A stretch of DNA of 64,000 bases from Octopus sinensis (GCF_006345805.1 NC_043006.1:55118001-55182000); one strand, 5' to 3'. Positions 1 to 12,658 are shown, counted from the first letter of the stretch. Notes: generated by a model not told the origin, from the letters alone. Translations and numbers: made by a program.

Positions 1-75
1 ACAGTCACTCAGGCACATTATTTTTTAACACACATGATTATGTACTTTAAAATGAAAATAATTTTTTTCTATAAT

Positions 76-465
76 TAGCAGTATCGCCCAGCGTTGCTTG
101 GGTTTGTTTTGACCCTTTAGAATTGGAATATTTGAAAAGTAAAAATTTTGCATTATGTAGCTTGTTGTTCTCTAAGTGAACATTCTGGTTGAAATATACC
201 GAAAAATGGCGACATAGCAGTCAAAAAATCGTAAAAAATAGGGATTTTCATAGAAAAAAAGCACCTTTTTGATGTAAATAATTTTTGGTCTTGACATGGT
301 CCGATTTGAATTTTTTCTTCTATGGAAGGAAGAGCATGCCTTCTTCTATCATACTCTCGATTTTGGTCAACTTGCACCGCAGGGTCTCGGAGGAGATAGT
401 GTTAGTTGAAGGCTATCAAACCTGCCATACACAGACAACTTCAGCTTTATATATATATAGAGAGA
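76..465 (+). mobile_element. Non-autonomous Helitron/Helentron-like (DINE-1/Lep1-type) element
   Basis: Starts TAGCAGTATCGCCCAGCGTTGCTTGGG (terminal hairpin) and ends ACAGACAACTTCAGCTTTATATATATAGA. The same termini occur at 12224-12575 and 43901-44300. Confidence 0.55.
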
Positions 466-723
466 TAATGACAATTTCCTTGATGATCTGACCACAAGTA
501 CACTATAAACATTTGAATAAAGAAGCCATTCTTAGGTGGAATGTTCAACTTAAAAAAATGTTCAATAAGATATTAAAAGTTAATACACAAATATAATGTT
601 TTTGTTTTCATGATTGAGATGATTTTTTTTTTCATTACATTTCAGAAATTTAGTAATTCATTGCTAACATCTTATTAGTAATTCTATAATTTCAGAGTTG
701 ATAACTTGTATATTATATATATA

Positions 724-1998
724 TGTTGAGTGGAGTAAAAGTAAGCAATGTTTTGAACCATGAAGAATTTGTACCAGATTTTTTGCAGAGTTTTGAATTT
801 TTTTAAAAAACATTTTTTGAAATTGTTTGATAATACGGACATAGACTTGCCCAAATGCATCAATAAATTAACATTGATATTTTTTTCACTGTTGTTACAA
901 TAATTTGAAATGGAACTGTCAAAGCGCAATATTTGAGCAATTTTTCTATTCAACTTCAAGAAAGGATGTGAAGCAGCTGAGACTGCTCGCAATGTCAATG
1001 AAATGTTTGGTGAGGAAATGACCAGTGAGTGGTCAGCTCGAAAATGGTTTAAATGATTGCGCAGTGGAGACCTGAGCGTTCAAGATCGTAAGCATAGTGG
1101 ATGCCCATCTGTCATCGATGAGAGTCAATTAAAGACTGTCATTGAGAAAGATCTAAGTAAAACCTCTTGAAAACTGACATAAGATCTTCAATTTATCTAG
1201 AAAACTGCCTGCAACCATTTGCATGCAATCGGAAAATCCAAAAAAGCTCGACAAATGGGTACCACACATTTTGAATGAAAATCAGAAGATGCACAGATAT
1301 GAAATTCGCTTGTTGCTTCTCCGTAACTAGACTGATCTAGTTACTTGATGATATTGTAACTTGTGATGAAAAGTGAATTCTGTACAATAATAAAAAACGT
1401 TCTTTGTAGTGGTTGGACCAAGGTGAAGTGCTGAAACCTTCCCTAAACCCGGGCTCTTCAAAAAGAGGGTTATGGTGACTGTTTGGTGGTGTACTGCTGG
1501 ACTCATCCACTATAAGTTCTTAAAACCTGGAAAAACCATTACTGCAGAATCATATTGCCATGAAATTGCCAAAATGAATGAAAAACTGCAACTCCTTCAT
1601 CCCAGATTGGTCAACAGAAGAGAGCCAATTATTTTTCAGAACAATGCTTGACCACACATTTCACTAATGATGCTCTAGAAGTTGAAGGAACTTGGCTATG
1701 AAGTTCTTCCCCACCCAGCTTATTCCCCAGACCTTTCTCGACTACCACTTTTCCAAGCACCTTGATGGTTCCCTGTGGGAAATGGAGTTCAAAAATCAAA
1801 CCGATGCATTTAAATAGTTCATCAGCTCCAGAACTCCAGATTTTTATATTACTGGAATAAGCAAACTTATAACTCATTGGCAAAAATGTGTTGACTATAA
1901 TGGTACTTGCATTGATGAATAGAATTTCCACATTGTTGAAAGATATTGTGATGAATTTCATGTTTCAAAATATTGCTTACTTTTTACTCAGCCTGATA
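724..1998 (+). mobile_element. Full-length degenerate mariner (DD34D-type) transposon; transposase pseudogene ~910-1922
   Basis: TIRs GAGTAAAAGTAAGCAATGTTTTGAACCATG / CATGTTTCAAAATATTGCTTACTTTTTACTC, TA flanks, ~1.27 kb. Translation gives MELSKRNI*AIFLFNFKKGCEAAETARNVN, KWVPH, IVTCDEK*ILYNN and HPAYSPDLS, with stops and frameshifts. Confidence 0.92.
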
Positions 1999-2884
1999 TA
2001 TAGTCACCACATGAAGGTGGTCAGAGTGTTACACACATGATCACTAGATCAAGTGTTTGATTTCTGGACTGGGTGGCACATTGTATTCTTGAGCAAAACG
2101 CTTCATTTCACATTGCACCAGTCCACTCAGGTGTAAATGGGTGACCCTATGATGGAATACGATCAGAGGGAATGTTGGCCTGCTTGCCAAACCAGCAAGG
2201 TGGTGTCATTCGAAAGCTAAAATAAGGCAAAATGCATTGTGACCAGCAATGTTTTCATCTAACCCATGCAAGCATATAAAAATAGACATAACAGTTAATA
2301 AATGAATGTAGTAAATATTTGATCCTAATTTGAACAAAGGCCACCATCTTTCAGAGTTTGAAGAATAAGAGAGCACATTCATTTAGTTGAAACTTTGTGA
2401 TTGATGCAAACAAACAAACACCTAGAATGCTGGAGTGAATAGAAACATATGATGCTGGTGATGACTTGTGCTGGAAATAGAATCATAAAGTGAATGTAGA
2501 ATGTGCACTAAAGCATGGACTGGGAGACATGAGCTTGATTCCTAATACATGGCGGTTTTTTTCTTTCATGTGATATGTTGTCATCTGTTTCACATTTAAT
2601 TTCAAAATTGAAAATCTATGTAATCAGTTTCATAGCATTGGTAAAATGTTAAAAAAAAAGTGGAAATTTTACCGCAATGCTAAATAAGGAGAAACTGCCT
2701 GAAGATTGTGGTGATTGAATGTGACACAAAAAGAAAATGACTCTCCCCAGACACAACTTAATAAAATGAATTATTAGATAAATTATATATAAAAAAAAAT
2801 CCCAATTGTTGTTATGAACAGTTTTTTTTTTTTGCTCTCTTCATTGGTTCCATAGGATTATTTATTTTAATTCATTGTTTTCAG

Positions 2885-2955
2885 GCTATGAACTTAGTCC
2901 AAATGCAGCTGCTAATTTCACAAGGAAAAATTTGGCTGATTACTTAAGAACTTCA
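2885..2955 (+). CDS. PSMB2: Proteasome subunit beta type-2, internal exon (GYELSPNAAANFTRKNLADYLRTS)
   Basis: Acceptor ttttcag| and donor |gtaagt; 71 bp. Peptide matches PSMB2 [24 protein letters not shown]. Confidence 0.96.
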
Positions 2956-3469
2956 GTAAGTCACATATTTTGAATCTTTATACTAATTTGCCTGTTTTTT
3001 TAAAAAATTTATATGTGAATGCTTTTGTCAGGCATAAGAAATTTATAGTGACCATTTTCCAGTTCAGTATATGTGTTTGTTGCTCCTTTCTTTCTAGAGG
3101 TATTATTAGCCTTTAGTTATCATCTGCAACAGTAGTAGTTATGAATTGTTTGCTCCCACAACTTACCTGGTATTCAGTTACTATTAAGAAGGCAAGAAGA
3201 TTGTGATGTATAATCAAGATGATTGGAGTTATTGCCTTCTCACATACCTTGATTAGAAGAACTTTGATTTCACTGAGGTGCCTTGAGCAAAATTAACTCC
3301 ATTTACAACCCATAACAATAAAGAAACGAAAGTGTTTGACATATTATTCAGCTTTTAAAACTGGAGAGAAATGAAGCCAACATACTTTGCTGCATGAATG
3401 ATGGGACAAATGAGATGAGAAACAAACTGGGTATGAAACTAGCCAAGCATAGTGTATTGGAGAGAAGGT

Positions 3470-3522
3470 TGCACTTATATTGGACTTGCACTTATATTGG
3501 ACTTGCACTTATATTGGACTTG
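3470..3522. repeat. 17-bp tandem repeat x3 (GCACTTATATTGGACTT)
   Basis: Directly visible tandem copies. Confidence 0.9.
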
Positions 3523-4285
3523 GAATGTGTATGGCGGATGACACTCAGAGTAGTTAGGACTGGTAGAAGAGGGAGACATGGTGAGACCAAAACCTGATCT
3601 CAAGCTGTTGCATCTCACCATAGTTCATCTTCTATTCACTCTCCTGTTCATGTTGCATTGAACAAATGAAGACAATATAAAGCAGTTAGGATGCTTCTGG
3701 TTTTACAGTCTGAGCTTGTGTTTCTTCCAGTGTCTGCTCTGTCTGTTGTTGTTTAGCCCCCAAATCATCATCGATTGACTAGATTACAATCAAATGCATT
3801 CCAGGTGTTGACATTCCACCATTTTTGTATGCCTTGAACTACGTTGTCAAATATGTCCTTTCATTTTTAAAATAGGCTATGATTTGATGGAGATTTGGTT
3901 GCTATCTCTAGCAGATTCAGCAACCACATAGAGGTTCTCTTGTGGATTTGTTGCCTCATTGATTCATTCTATGTCTGTAGGTTCAAAATCAGGAAAAGTA
4001 GGCTTCGTCTTGTAATAGTTGTTTCTCTTCATAAATTGTTTCAAGTGATGTTCATTAACATTACAGTAATTTAGACTCATTTAGTTATTGATGGATCAAG
4101 ATAAATGGGTGTGGTTAGTGCAGTTGGTGTTAATATAAAACAGGAGAGAAGGGGTTCTAGAAAGATGCAGTCTTTCATGGGTGGGGGAATAACAGTAAAA
4201 TGTTTAACAAAGAGATAATGCATGAAACAAAGCTGGGCCGATGAAAGGCAAATAGTTATTGCATCAAATCTATTTAGGTGTAAAT

Positions 4286-4485
4286 TTAACCTTTTGTTAC
4301 AATATTTTTGTTGAAATACACAGCTTTGTTTTAATTTTTAAAATAATGGAAAATATATTAAAATAGCTTTGTCATTATTGAGCTGGTGTTTAGAACACAA
4401 GTTAACTTGGAATTTTGAGGGAAGTCTTTAATCTATATTGCTTGAAAACAGGAAGTCTCTGGTGGGTTGGTATCAAAATACTTAA
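4286..4485. mobile_element. Degenerate piggyBac-like MITE (family of 38534-38752)
   Basis: TTAACCTTTTGTTAC start, TTAA at both ends, and internal similarity to the reverse complement of the 38.5-kb copy. Confidence 0.55.
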
Positions 4486-5541
4486 GAGATTTTTTAAACT
4501 AGAGAGCAAAACTTTTTCTTGTCCTTTTCCACCTTGCCCCCCTTTATCTTATCTCTAATGTTCTCACCTTCCTCCGAAAATTGGTCACACAAAAACAAGG
4601 TGACAATGAAGCTAACACCAATCCTTATATACTTTTGGAACAATAGGTGTAAGACACACAATACCTCAGTATCTTATGAATACTGTTAACTATTTCATGC
4701 CTATATTTGATGGTAGCTTGAATAAGATTCAACTGCATTTTTCAGATAATGTCTTTGGCAACTTTTATTAAGCATATTTCTTTCTGGTGGTAATTCCAAG
4801 TGGGATGGGGTTTTGCCAAGCATGATTCAGTGACCTAAAGTGTTGATTTTAGACATTGGTCTCTTTAGTTTGTAAGGGTTCAAATCCCACTGTTGGCATT
4901 GGATAAATATTTTCTCATTTAATCTATATGAGCATTGAAAAAAAGACAAAGCAAAACAAAAATTGTAAAAATTACAATGATTTGCCATTGGAGAAAATCT
5001 GTATATGTCTGAAACTATATTACCATAAATCTGGCACCAGTGAGTATGTGGTGTTTACGTATGTTAAATATTAGAAGGTCAAACCATGATTGCTTTTATG
5101 ATACATGTGAACCATAGCTGAGCATTCTTTGGCAGTAGGATAATGCAAGAACAACTTAGATTTTATCAGAAATTAATACATTTCTTAAAAAAAAAAAACA
5201 AAAAAAAAAAAAAAACTTAAGTATGTATGTATGTTTTGAAATTAATTCTTAGAATGACTAATTGGTTAAAGTGAACCAAAATCTTCCAAAAGCTATACTG
5301 ATGTGTAAATCAGATGAAATTCCTGCCATCCTGTATTCTTCAACTGTGGAATGACTGATTAATTGGAAGTCAGCATGTGTATGTGTGTGAGTGTACATAT
5401 TTTATGGAGTAAATAACATCTTGAGTAATAAGGGTAGATTAATTTGAGTTGATTGCAGTGGGCTTATCATTACCATCAAAGGGTTATATACTTCATGTTT
5501 TATTTAGTCCCATCTTTTTATATATATATATATATATATAT

Positions 5542-5735
5542 AGTTGAAATTTACAGAAAAACAAAAGATGAAGACAGGTGTATAAACAACAACCAAATGT
5601 ATTAGTTTGACACTAGGGAAGGTGAGAAAGTCTTTAATGTTTCGAACCTACACTCTTCAACAGGAAGGAGCATGAGGAAATAAACAGAGAAAGAATAAAA
5701 AAAAAACTTGTGGAGTTAGCAGTCAATCATAGTGA
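5542..5735 (-). mobile_element. PLE-derived pLTR-like repeat next to (TA)n, with a degenerate hammerhead-like core
   Basis: Minus strand reads TTGAAGA GTGTAGGTTC GAAA CATTA at 5631-5662 and abuts a (TA)n tract. Confidence 0.45.
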
Positions 5736-5750
5736 CAGGGTGTATGTATG

Positions 5751-6936
5751 TACACACATGACAGAAGTAAATAGACACCCTTATGATCATTAAAATTGAT
5801 TTAAATCTGAAATTATACTTTCAAATTATTTATTAATTATTATAAGGTGAATATCTAATATCTAGTGGTCATGCCCTTTGCATTTTTAATGCAAGGGTCC
5901 TATAAGGCATGCTACTGATCAGATGAGGAATATTCTCTTGAGAAATTTCTTGCCGGGTTTCATGCAGTAATCTCAAAAGATCTGGCTTTGAGGATACTTT
6001 CTTGTTCTTTTTATGTAGTGTCCTGTCCATTATTCTCAAAAGGTGTTCAATAGGGTTCATATCTGGTGACTGGCTTGGCCATGGAAATTTTTTAATGCCA
6101 TTCTTTTCCAACCAATCTTGGGTCTTTTTAGCTGTGTGACAAGGAACCCCATCTTCCATAAATAAAGAGTCTTCTTTAATCATTTCACCATTGGAAAAGA
6201 TTGGAAGGAGTCCTTTCTGCGGTGTGGACACATGTTTAATATTTCCATCACACTCCATCAGCTCTAAATCACCATTGCTCCAAATTGCTCCCCAGACCAT
6301 CACAGAATAGCTGCCTTGTTTCATTGTTGGTAGCAATCTTTTCATGTCAAATTCTTGATTACTGAGTCTCCAGAGCCACACTTGACCACTGTCAGAAAAT
6401 ACAGCAAATCTGAACTCATCAGAGAATATGATAGTGTCCCAAGATGCTATCAGCCACTCCACTGGCCCAGTTTTTTCTCCACTTGATATTGGCTAGTTGA
6501 AGTGGCTTCCTTCTTGCTGCTCTGCCATAGCAGCCAAGTTTGTGGAGATACTTGACATCTGTTTTGGAACTGACATCTACTTGTTCTACTATGTTAAAGA
6601 CCTTGTAATGAGGATTATCCTCCACACTTCATGTCAAAGGGCCCTTCCCCCCCTCTCTAGTGAATTACACAATCACCCTATTAACTGTAGAAAGTGGGAC
6701 CCAAGGTTTTCTACGATTTTATGCTGACTTAGTCTGTCTTCAGATTGACCCACAATATGTTTTTTTTTTGAAATTTGGACAGTTCCAAGGCTTCTTTTGT
6801 ATGTGGCTTGATTAAACTCGCATATAGAACCTGAAACATAAAAATGTCCATTAATAAAAGATATAAACCATTTCAAGTTAAAATAAACATAAAACAATGT
6901 TTTATGGAGTGTCTATTTACTACTGTCATGTCTGTG
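5751..6936 (-). mobile_element. Tc1 (DD34E) transposon, degenerate; transposase remnants 5869-6780
   Basis: TIRs ACATGACAGAAGTAAATAGACAC / GTGTCTATTTACTACTGTCATGT. ORF 5869..6462 has IIFSDEFRF, VMVWGAIW, FMEDGVPCH and WPSQSPDMNPIEHL, with 34 aa between D and E. ORF 6419..6625 has GRAARRKP. Confidence 0.93.
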
Positions 6937-7421
6937 TATATGCAGGTATGTTTGTGTAATTAAGAAGTTTGTTTCTTAATCATGTGGTTTCCATTCAGTA
7001 CCATTGTACATCTCCTTGGGTACATGCTTTCTGCTGTTGCCCTGTGTTGATTAAACCCATGTCAGTGGGTTTCATCGATGGAAACAGAAAGAAACCCGTG
7101 TATATTCGTGTATGTGTGTGTCCGTGTGTAGTCTTGACATTGAACGTTTGTTTTTGTAAACAGGTTTCAATGTCATACAAGTGGTGTTGTTTGTTTCCAA
7201 TGTTCCATAAAAATGAAAATGTGTCCCTATACCGAGAAACAGTATTTTGCTTGGAAGCAGGTGTGGGTTATCAATGAGAAGGGCATCCACTCATATGAAA
7301 CCTGCCTTAATAAACTTCTCCCTACTTATGCCAGAAGGGAAAATTAAATGTTAAATTGATAACGACATACATGTATCTATGAAATATCTGCACTGACATT
7401 ATATAATCTCTTTTCTTACAG

Positions 7422-7584
7422 TCACCATACAATGTGAATTTCTTACTGGCTGGGCATGATGGCACAGATGGCCCATCCTTGTTCTATATGGATTACTTGG
7501 CCTCTCTGTCTGAAGTCCCGTTTGCTGCTCATGGCTATGGAGCTTATTTTACCCTCAGCATCCTTGATCGTTACTATGATGAAG
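7422..7584 (+). CDS. PSMB2: Proteasome subunit beta type-2, internal exon ([54 protein letters not shown])
   Basis: Acceptor tttcttacag| and donor GAAG|gtattt; 163 bp; phase compatible with neighbouring exons. Contains the typical PSMB2 motifs YMDYLA and PFAAHGYG. Confidence 0.97.
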
Positions 7585-8937
7585 GTATTTCAAAATATTT
7601 TATCATTTTATGTGTCTTCTCTTCCCATCTTCTCTCTCCTCTCCCTTCTCTCTGTACTATTTATCTGACTTTCTGTCTGTCTGACAGCTTGCCTCTTTGT
7701 CTTTCCCACTTTGTCGTTGTTTTCCTCTCCCTCTATCTTTTTATATATCTTTTCCCACTAATTGACTATATATCTCTCTTTCAGTCCCCACCTCTTTCTC
7801 TCATGCTGACTTTTTTTTTTATATTAACGTTTCTGTCTCTTTGTTTCTTCTTTTTTATTTTCTCTTCCTCTCTCAAGGAAGACAATAGGCTAACTGTACC
7901 AAATTTATCTTACTCACGCACGTGTATGTGCACACGTGCACGTGCAGCTGTATGATTGGGAGGTTTGCTTGCCAACCCTGTGATTTCACTTTCAGTCCTG
8001 CTGCGTGGCATCCTGGCAAGTGTCTTCTGCTGTGGCCTTGAGTTAATCAGTCTTCTGAGTGGATTTGGTAGAGAGGAGCTGTGCTGGCATCTTGTTTCAA
8101 ACATCACTGTTAGTTGTAAACAAATGCTGTTATTTGCTTCCAGTTTCCCATGAAAGCATATCTGGCCAAGCAAACTTCTTAATGTCACAGCCACGTCTAT
8201 GTCTATAATATATGTATAAGAAAATTAAGACCATGAAGTATCAAGCAGGAACAACATAATTTCTTGTATAGTTTGTTGGTGGGTGATTTCCTACAATAAA
8301 TGCAGTAAAGCTAGTCTCAACAAATAGCGCTGTTTCGTATCAGCTGGATTTTACTTGGCTTAATTGTTGTATTTCATTCCTCCAGCCTCAGTTATATAAA
8401 GGTCAACCCAGATCCAGCAGACCTATTTATTCAGTTGCAACATTCTTAACTGTGGTTCAGTGCTAGGTAGTTGTTTGTTTTTGCAGTTACTCTCTTATTA
8501 TATATTTATTTTTTTAATTTTATATTTCAGAGATTTTAGTGTTGTAATTCTGTCATTGCTTGTGTTATCCACCATACACTGTCATTAGCACACCAGCTAA
8601 AAAATATTGTTCTGTCTATGTGTTTGCTTGTTTCTCTGTCTTAACTGGCTTTCAGGCAGGGAAAGAAATGTTATATCCTGGAAGGATTTATTAAAGTACG
8701 TAGTTCATTCATAACTGCCACACCTTGTTTAGTATATAGGACTGACTTGCATTAGTGCTGTATATGTATGTGTGTGTGTATTGTGAGACTTGTTTTTCAT
8801 GTTACTACAATTTCAAGGGAAGGGCATACACTTATGAAACATGTTTTATAGTTGGATTCTAAATAAATAAGAGGTAAAATGAGAGGTGGAGAGTAAACTA
8901 GTGTGTACATTGTAAATTTGGCATATATTTTGAGTTC

Positions 8938-8976
<39 letters not shown>

Positions 8977-9149
8977 ACTCACACACACACACATGCTGTT
9001 TTTGAAGGAGTGTTTTGTGGCTGGATGCAGTTCCTGTTGTCGACACTTTCAGTTGCCTCTTTGGACATACAGGGATAGTGTGTACCAGTTCTAAAAACCA
9101 AAACACTCATATATATAAATATGTATGTGCTTGTGTGTATGTGTTTGTA

Positions 9150-9180
<31 letters not shown>

Positions 9181-9242
9181 ATATATATTAGAAGAAATGA
9201 GGTAATCAGAAGATCAGATGGTTTATATTTACAGATATTTAT

Positions 9243-11459
9243 TTATATATATATCATATCACTTAGATCATAGTTCTTCCTGCCGAATATGTTGTCGGTG
9301 AATCCTGGCTTGCTGGCACAAAGAATTACCAGTTTCACCAGTTTCACGTAATTCTCCTTGCACGTGGGGCAGGTTATGCAGTATATAACGTTCTGCGTCT
9401 TGCAGTTCATATCTGCATTTACTTTGAATATGTCACCACTTTTAAATCTCATCTCTCTGTTTCCCTCTATGTATTTGTAGGTGGGGTGGCTGCAGATCCC
9501 ACATCTACCATCTCCGCACTCTTTTGCAAAGAATTCCGTTTTAGTTTCTGAAGAGAATTTCGCTCTTGTTAGGTGTTTCTTTAGGTTTTTGTCCTGTCGT
9601 CTACTGTTTTTTATGCTATATTCGTTTAATATGTTTTTCATTTTGGGGCTTTGTAGGGCTATTGGTAGGTTTGAATGTATGGTTTGGAAGATGTTGGTAA
9701 CTCCAGGGTTGTGCGTGTTTATAAAAGGGATGCTTTCTTTGTTTTTTGTTTTGGGTGTCCTGAGTTGTGCGATGTCTAGTTTTAATGCTCTTGTGATTCC
9801 ATTTTCTATTAGTTTAAGGGGGTATTTTTGCTCTAGGAGGAAGTTTTTGAGTTCATCTAGTCTTATTAGTCGTATTTGTGAATCAGTTACTATGCTACAT
9901 ATTCGTCTTGCCATACTATATGGGATGTTTCTTTTTGTGTGCGATGGGTGGCAGGAGTGGAAATTTAAGTATTGGTGTGTGTCAGTTTTTTTGTAGTGGA
10001 TGTCTGTTGTGACGATGGAGTTGTGTATTTTGATGTTGATGTCTAGGAAGAGAAGTTCGTTGTGGCTGGTATCTATTGTGAAGTTGATAGATGGGTGCAG
10101 CGTATTGAGGATGTTGTGGAATGTTCGTAGGTCTTCTTCTGATCTGTTCCAAAAGATGAAGCAGTCATCGAGGTAGCGTTTCCACTTTTTCTTGATGTCT
10201 TCTCTGAAGTCGTGTTCCAAGACTTTCCCTATTTCATCATATAGTTTGTTCTCCAGGAAACCCATCACCAGGTTGGCATATGAAGGTGCGAATTTTGTAC
10301 CCATAGCCGTGCCTTTTATCTGTCGGTATGTTTTGTTGTTGAATGAGAATGTATTTTCTTCGAGTATTAGTTGGGTGGCTTGGGTGATAAAGTTTCTCTT
10401 GAAGCATTCATCTATAAGTTCTCTGTATTTTTCTATCGATTGTTTTATAGCTTCTAGACCTAGGGTGTGTGGTATGTTTGTGTATAGATTTGTAACATCA
10501 AAGCTTGCAAGTATGGTGTTTTTCGGGACTGTATTTGGAATGTGTGTGAGGAAGTCTATGTCATCCCTTATGTAGCTTGGTATCTGTGGGCATAAAGGTT
10601 TGAGGAGTTTATCTATGAAGTGGCTTAGTTGTTGTGTTGGTGCCTGGGGTCCTGCCACTATTGGTCTCATTGTGAGGTCTGCAGGCCTTTGTATTCTTAT
10701 ATAGTGGTTCCTCTGTTCCTTTATGGCTCTCTGTATTTCAGAGCTTTTATGAATTTTAGGTAATCCATAAAAATTGCTTTCTTTGGTTTGTGAGTTGCAT
10801 AGATAGTCTTTTTTCTTATCTGTAAAGGAGTCCTGGTATTCATTGACTAAAGTTCTAATTTTTTTTATTGTTGCTTTCTCCGGTGGTGTTGGTTCCTCTT
10901 TATAGTATGTCTGGTTGTTCAGTAACTCCAGTATCTTTTCTTTGTAGTAATCTGTATCCATAATTACTATTGCTCCACCTTTGTCAGCTTCTTTTATAAT
11001 GATTGACTTGTCATTTTTCAGTTTTTGTAAGGCTTGTTTTTCTCCTCTGCGGAGATTCTGTTTGCATTTGTGTGTGTGGAGAGGGAATTTGGATATTGTC
11101 TCTATGTATGCATCAAGGTGTTTGTCACTTCCCTTGTAAGGGGTGAAATGGGATTTTTTTCTTATGATTGAGTTATCTTCTGTTTCTTTATTTTCAAAGA
11201 ATTCCATAAGGCGGAGGTGGCGGCTGAAGTTGTCTATATCAGTTTTTAGTTCTATGAGGTTTGGAGTGGGTGTAGGTGTAAATTTGAGGCCTTTTAGTTG
11301 TAGGTTCATTTCATTTTCGTCAAGTTCTCTTTTAGACAAGTTTATTATTTTGGGGTCTATGTGTTTTGTGAGTTCATCCGGAATTTTTGGTGTATTGGGT
11401 CTGGAATATGGTTGAAGTATCCTCTCCCTAAAAAATGTGTTGTGTTGTTGCGTCTCCAA
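9243..11459 (-). CDS. PLE reverse transcriptase + GIY-YIG endonuclease ORF (738 aa; endonuclease frameshifted and truncated)
   Basis: Motifs FYGLPKIHK, MRPIVAG, ASFDVTNLYTNIPH, GTAMGTKFAPSYANL, RYLDDCF, YLNFHSCHP, CGDGRCGIC linker and NVIYCITCPTC. A GTGAAACTG duplication shifts the frame just before GETGNSL..RIHRQHIR. Confidence 0.9.
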   Translation of the reverse strand: METQQHNTFFRERILQPYSRPNTPKIPDELTKHIDPKIINLSKRELDENEMNLQLKGLKFTPTPTPNLIELKTDIDNFSRHLRLMEFFENKETEDNSIIRKKSHFTPYKGSDKHLDAYIETISKFPLHTHKCKQNLRRGEKQALQKLKNDKSIIIKEADKGGAIVIMDTDYYKEKILELLNNQTYYKEEPTPPEKATIKKIRTLVNEYQDSFTDKKKDYLCNSQTKESNFYGLPKIHKSSEIQRAIKEQRNHYIRIQRPADLTMRPIVAGPQAPTQQLSHFIDKLLKPLCPQIPSYIRDDIDFLTHIPNTVPKNTILASFDVTNLYTNIPHTLGLEAIKQSIEKYRELIDECFKRNFITQATQLILEENTFSFNNKTYRQIKGTAMGTKFAPSYANLVMGFLENKLYDEIGKVLEHDFREDIKKKWKRYLDDCFIFWNRSEEDLRTFHNILNTLHPSINFTIDTSHNELLFLDINIKIHNSIVTTDIHYKKTDTHQYLNFHSCHPSHTKRNIPYSMARRICSIVTDSQIRLIRLDELKNFLLEQKYPLKLIENGITRALKLDIAQLRTPKTKNKESIPFINTHNPGVTNIFQTIHSNLPIALQSPKMKNILNEYSIKNSRRQDKNLKKHLTRAKFSSETKTEFFAKECGDGRCGICSHPTYKYIEGNREMRFKSGDIFKVNADMNCKTQNVIYCITCPTCKENYVKLVKLVILCASKPGFTDNIFGRKNYDLSDMIYI

Positions 11460-11941
11460 ATTCCATTTTCAGTTCTTAGGTTTTCTTGTAGTTGTAGGGG
11501 TGGAAGGAATTGGTATATCTTTAAGTGAAATTCCTAGATATTGTTTTTCCATGCTTCGCAAATTTAGTATTGAGTGCTCTTTATATATAGAGAGTAAAAT
11601 GCATAAATCCTTAGGTAAATATATTCTATAAGAATATTATGTACTGAATTTATATTGAGTGCTCAATTGTATCAAAATATTAATACTATTAAAGTATTTA
11701 TATATTTAAATAGAGCAATATATACATATATTTTTTAATAATATATTATTATTATTATTAATATAAGGAAATTAATATCCAAACTCATCATAAAGATATA
11801 CCCGTGTGAAAATACTTATTGTATTAAAAGTATATATAAATAAATAAATAAATATAAATATATATAAAAATATGTATAAATATAAATATAATGTATAAAA
11901 AAATTTGATAGTTTAAAAGTTTTGAATTAATTATTTAAAGC

Positions 11942-12031
11942 ATCTTACAATCGTTTCACAGAAGAGTTGTCCCTATAATGAAATCCTATATTGATAAGCA
12001 TTTATAGACAATGCTTCTGCTCTTCAGAGAT
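11942..12031 (-). ncRNA. Type I hammerhead ribozyme motif in the PLE 5' pLTR
   Basis: ATCT-CTGAAGA-GCAGAAG...(long loop)...CTTCTGT-GAAA-CGATTG-TA-AGAT: stem I ATCT/AGAT, stem II, near-palindromic stem III, GUA site. Confidence 0.75.
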
Positions 12032-12109
12032 ATATATTTATGTATATATGTATATTTATGTTGTTAAACAATATGTATGTATGTATGTATATTTATGTAT
12101 ATGTATATA

Positions 12110-12171
<62 letters not shown>

Positions 12172-12223
12172 TATATGTATATTTATTATATATATATATA
12201 TGTATATTTATGTATATATATAT

Positions 12224-12575
12224 ACTAGCACTATGACCCGGCAACGCCGGGTCATAGTGCTAGTGCATGCATATACAACTGCGTATGTGCGCACATACAC
12301 GCGAGTACTGTCCAAATCTCCGACCAATCACACACAACTAGCTGGCATTCAATTGGCGTATCAAGTTTCGGGCATTTTGATTGTGTTTTGGATAGAAAAT
12401 TCACAAAAAAAGTCACTTCTGTTGGTCTTTTAATGGCTTTGCAGGGTGACTGGGGAAATGTAAAGATGTGCACGACCACCCTTGGACGGTTTTGAATGAC
12501 CATAGAAAGTGCGTGAAAAATTGTGGATTTGTATAAAGGACACACACACAGACATTTTGCCGTTTATATATAGAG
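12224..12575 (+). mobile_element. Helitron/Helentron-like non-autonomous element with a perfect 19-bp terminal hairpin
   Basis: ACTAGCACTATGACCCGGC-AAC-GCCGGGTCATAGTGCTAGT at one end; ACAGACATTTTGCCGTTTATATATAGAGA at the other. Confidence 0.55.
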
Positions 12576-12625
12576 AGATAGAGATATACATATGTGTGTA
12601 TATTTATGTATATACATATATATAC

Positions 12626-12658
<33 letters not shown>

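Larger units (their letters stand above)
9190..12031 (-). mobile_element. Penelope-like retroelement (Neptune-like Cys linker), nearly complete, in PSMB2 intron
   Basis: Long RT + GIY-YIG ORF, 5' pLTR with a hammerhead motif, and (TA)n-rich flanks on both sides. Confidence 0.9.

Noticed and set aside
7585-7955. C-terminal hydrophobic extension of ORF 7434..7955
   Set aside because: Read-through into a CT-rich intron; PSMB2 similarity ends at the GT donor at 7585.
11469-11471. In-frame TGA in the PLE as possible selenocysteine
   Set aside because: The context RKPKN*K is a basic stretch, not a Cys motif. CGA-to-TGA decay is simpler, and no SECIS was seen.
9481-11631. Plus-strand ORFs 9481..9996, 10192..10575 and 11143..11415
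   Set aside because: Antisense shadows of the PLE ORF.
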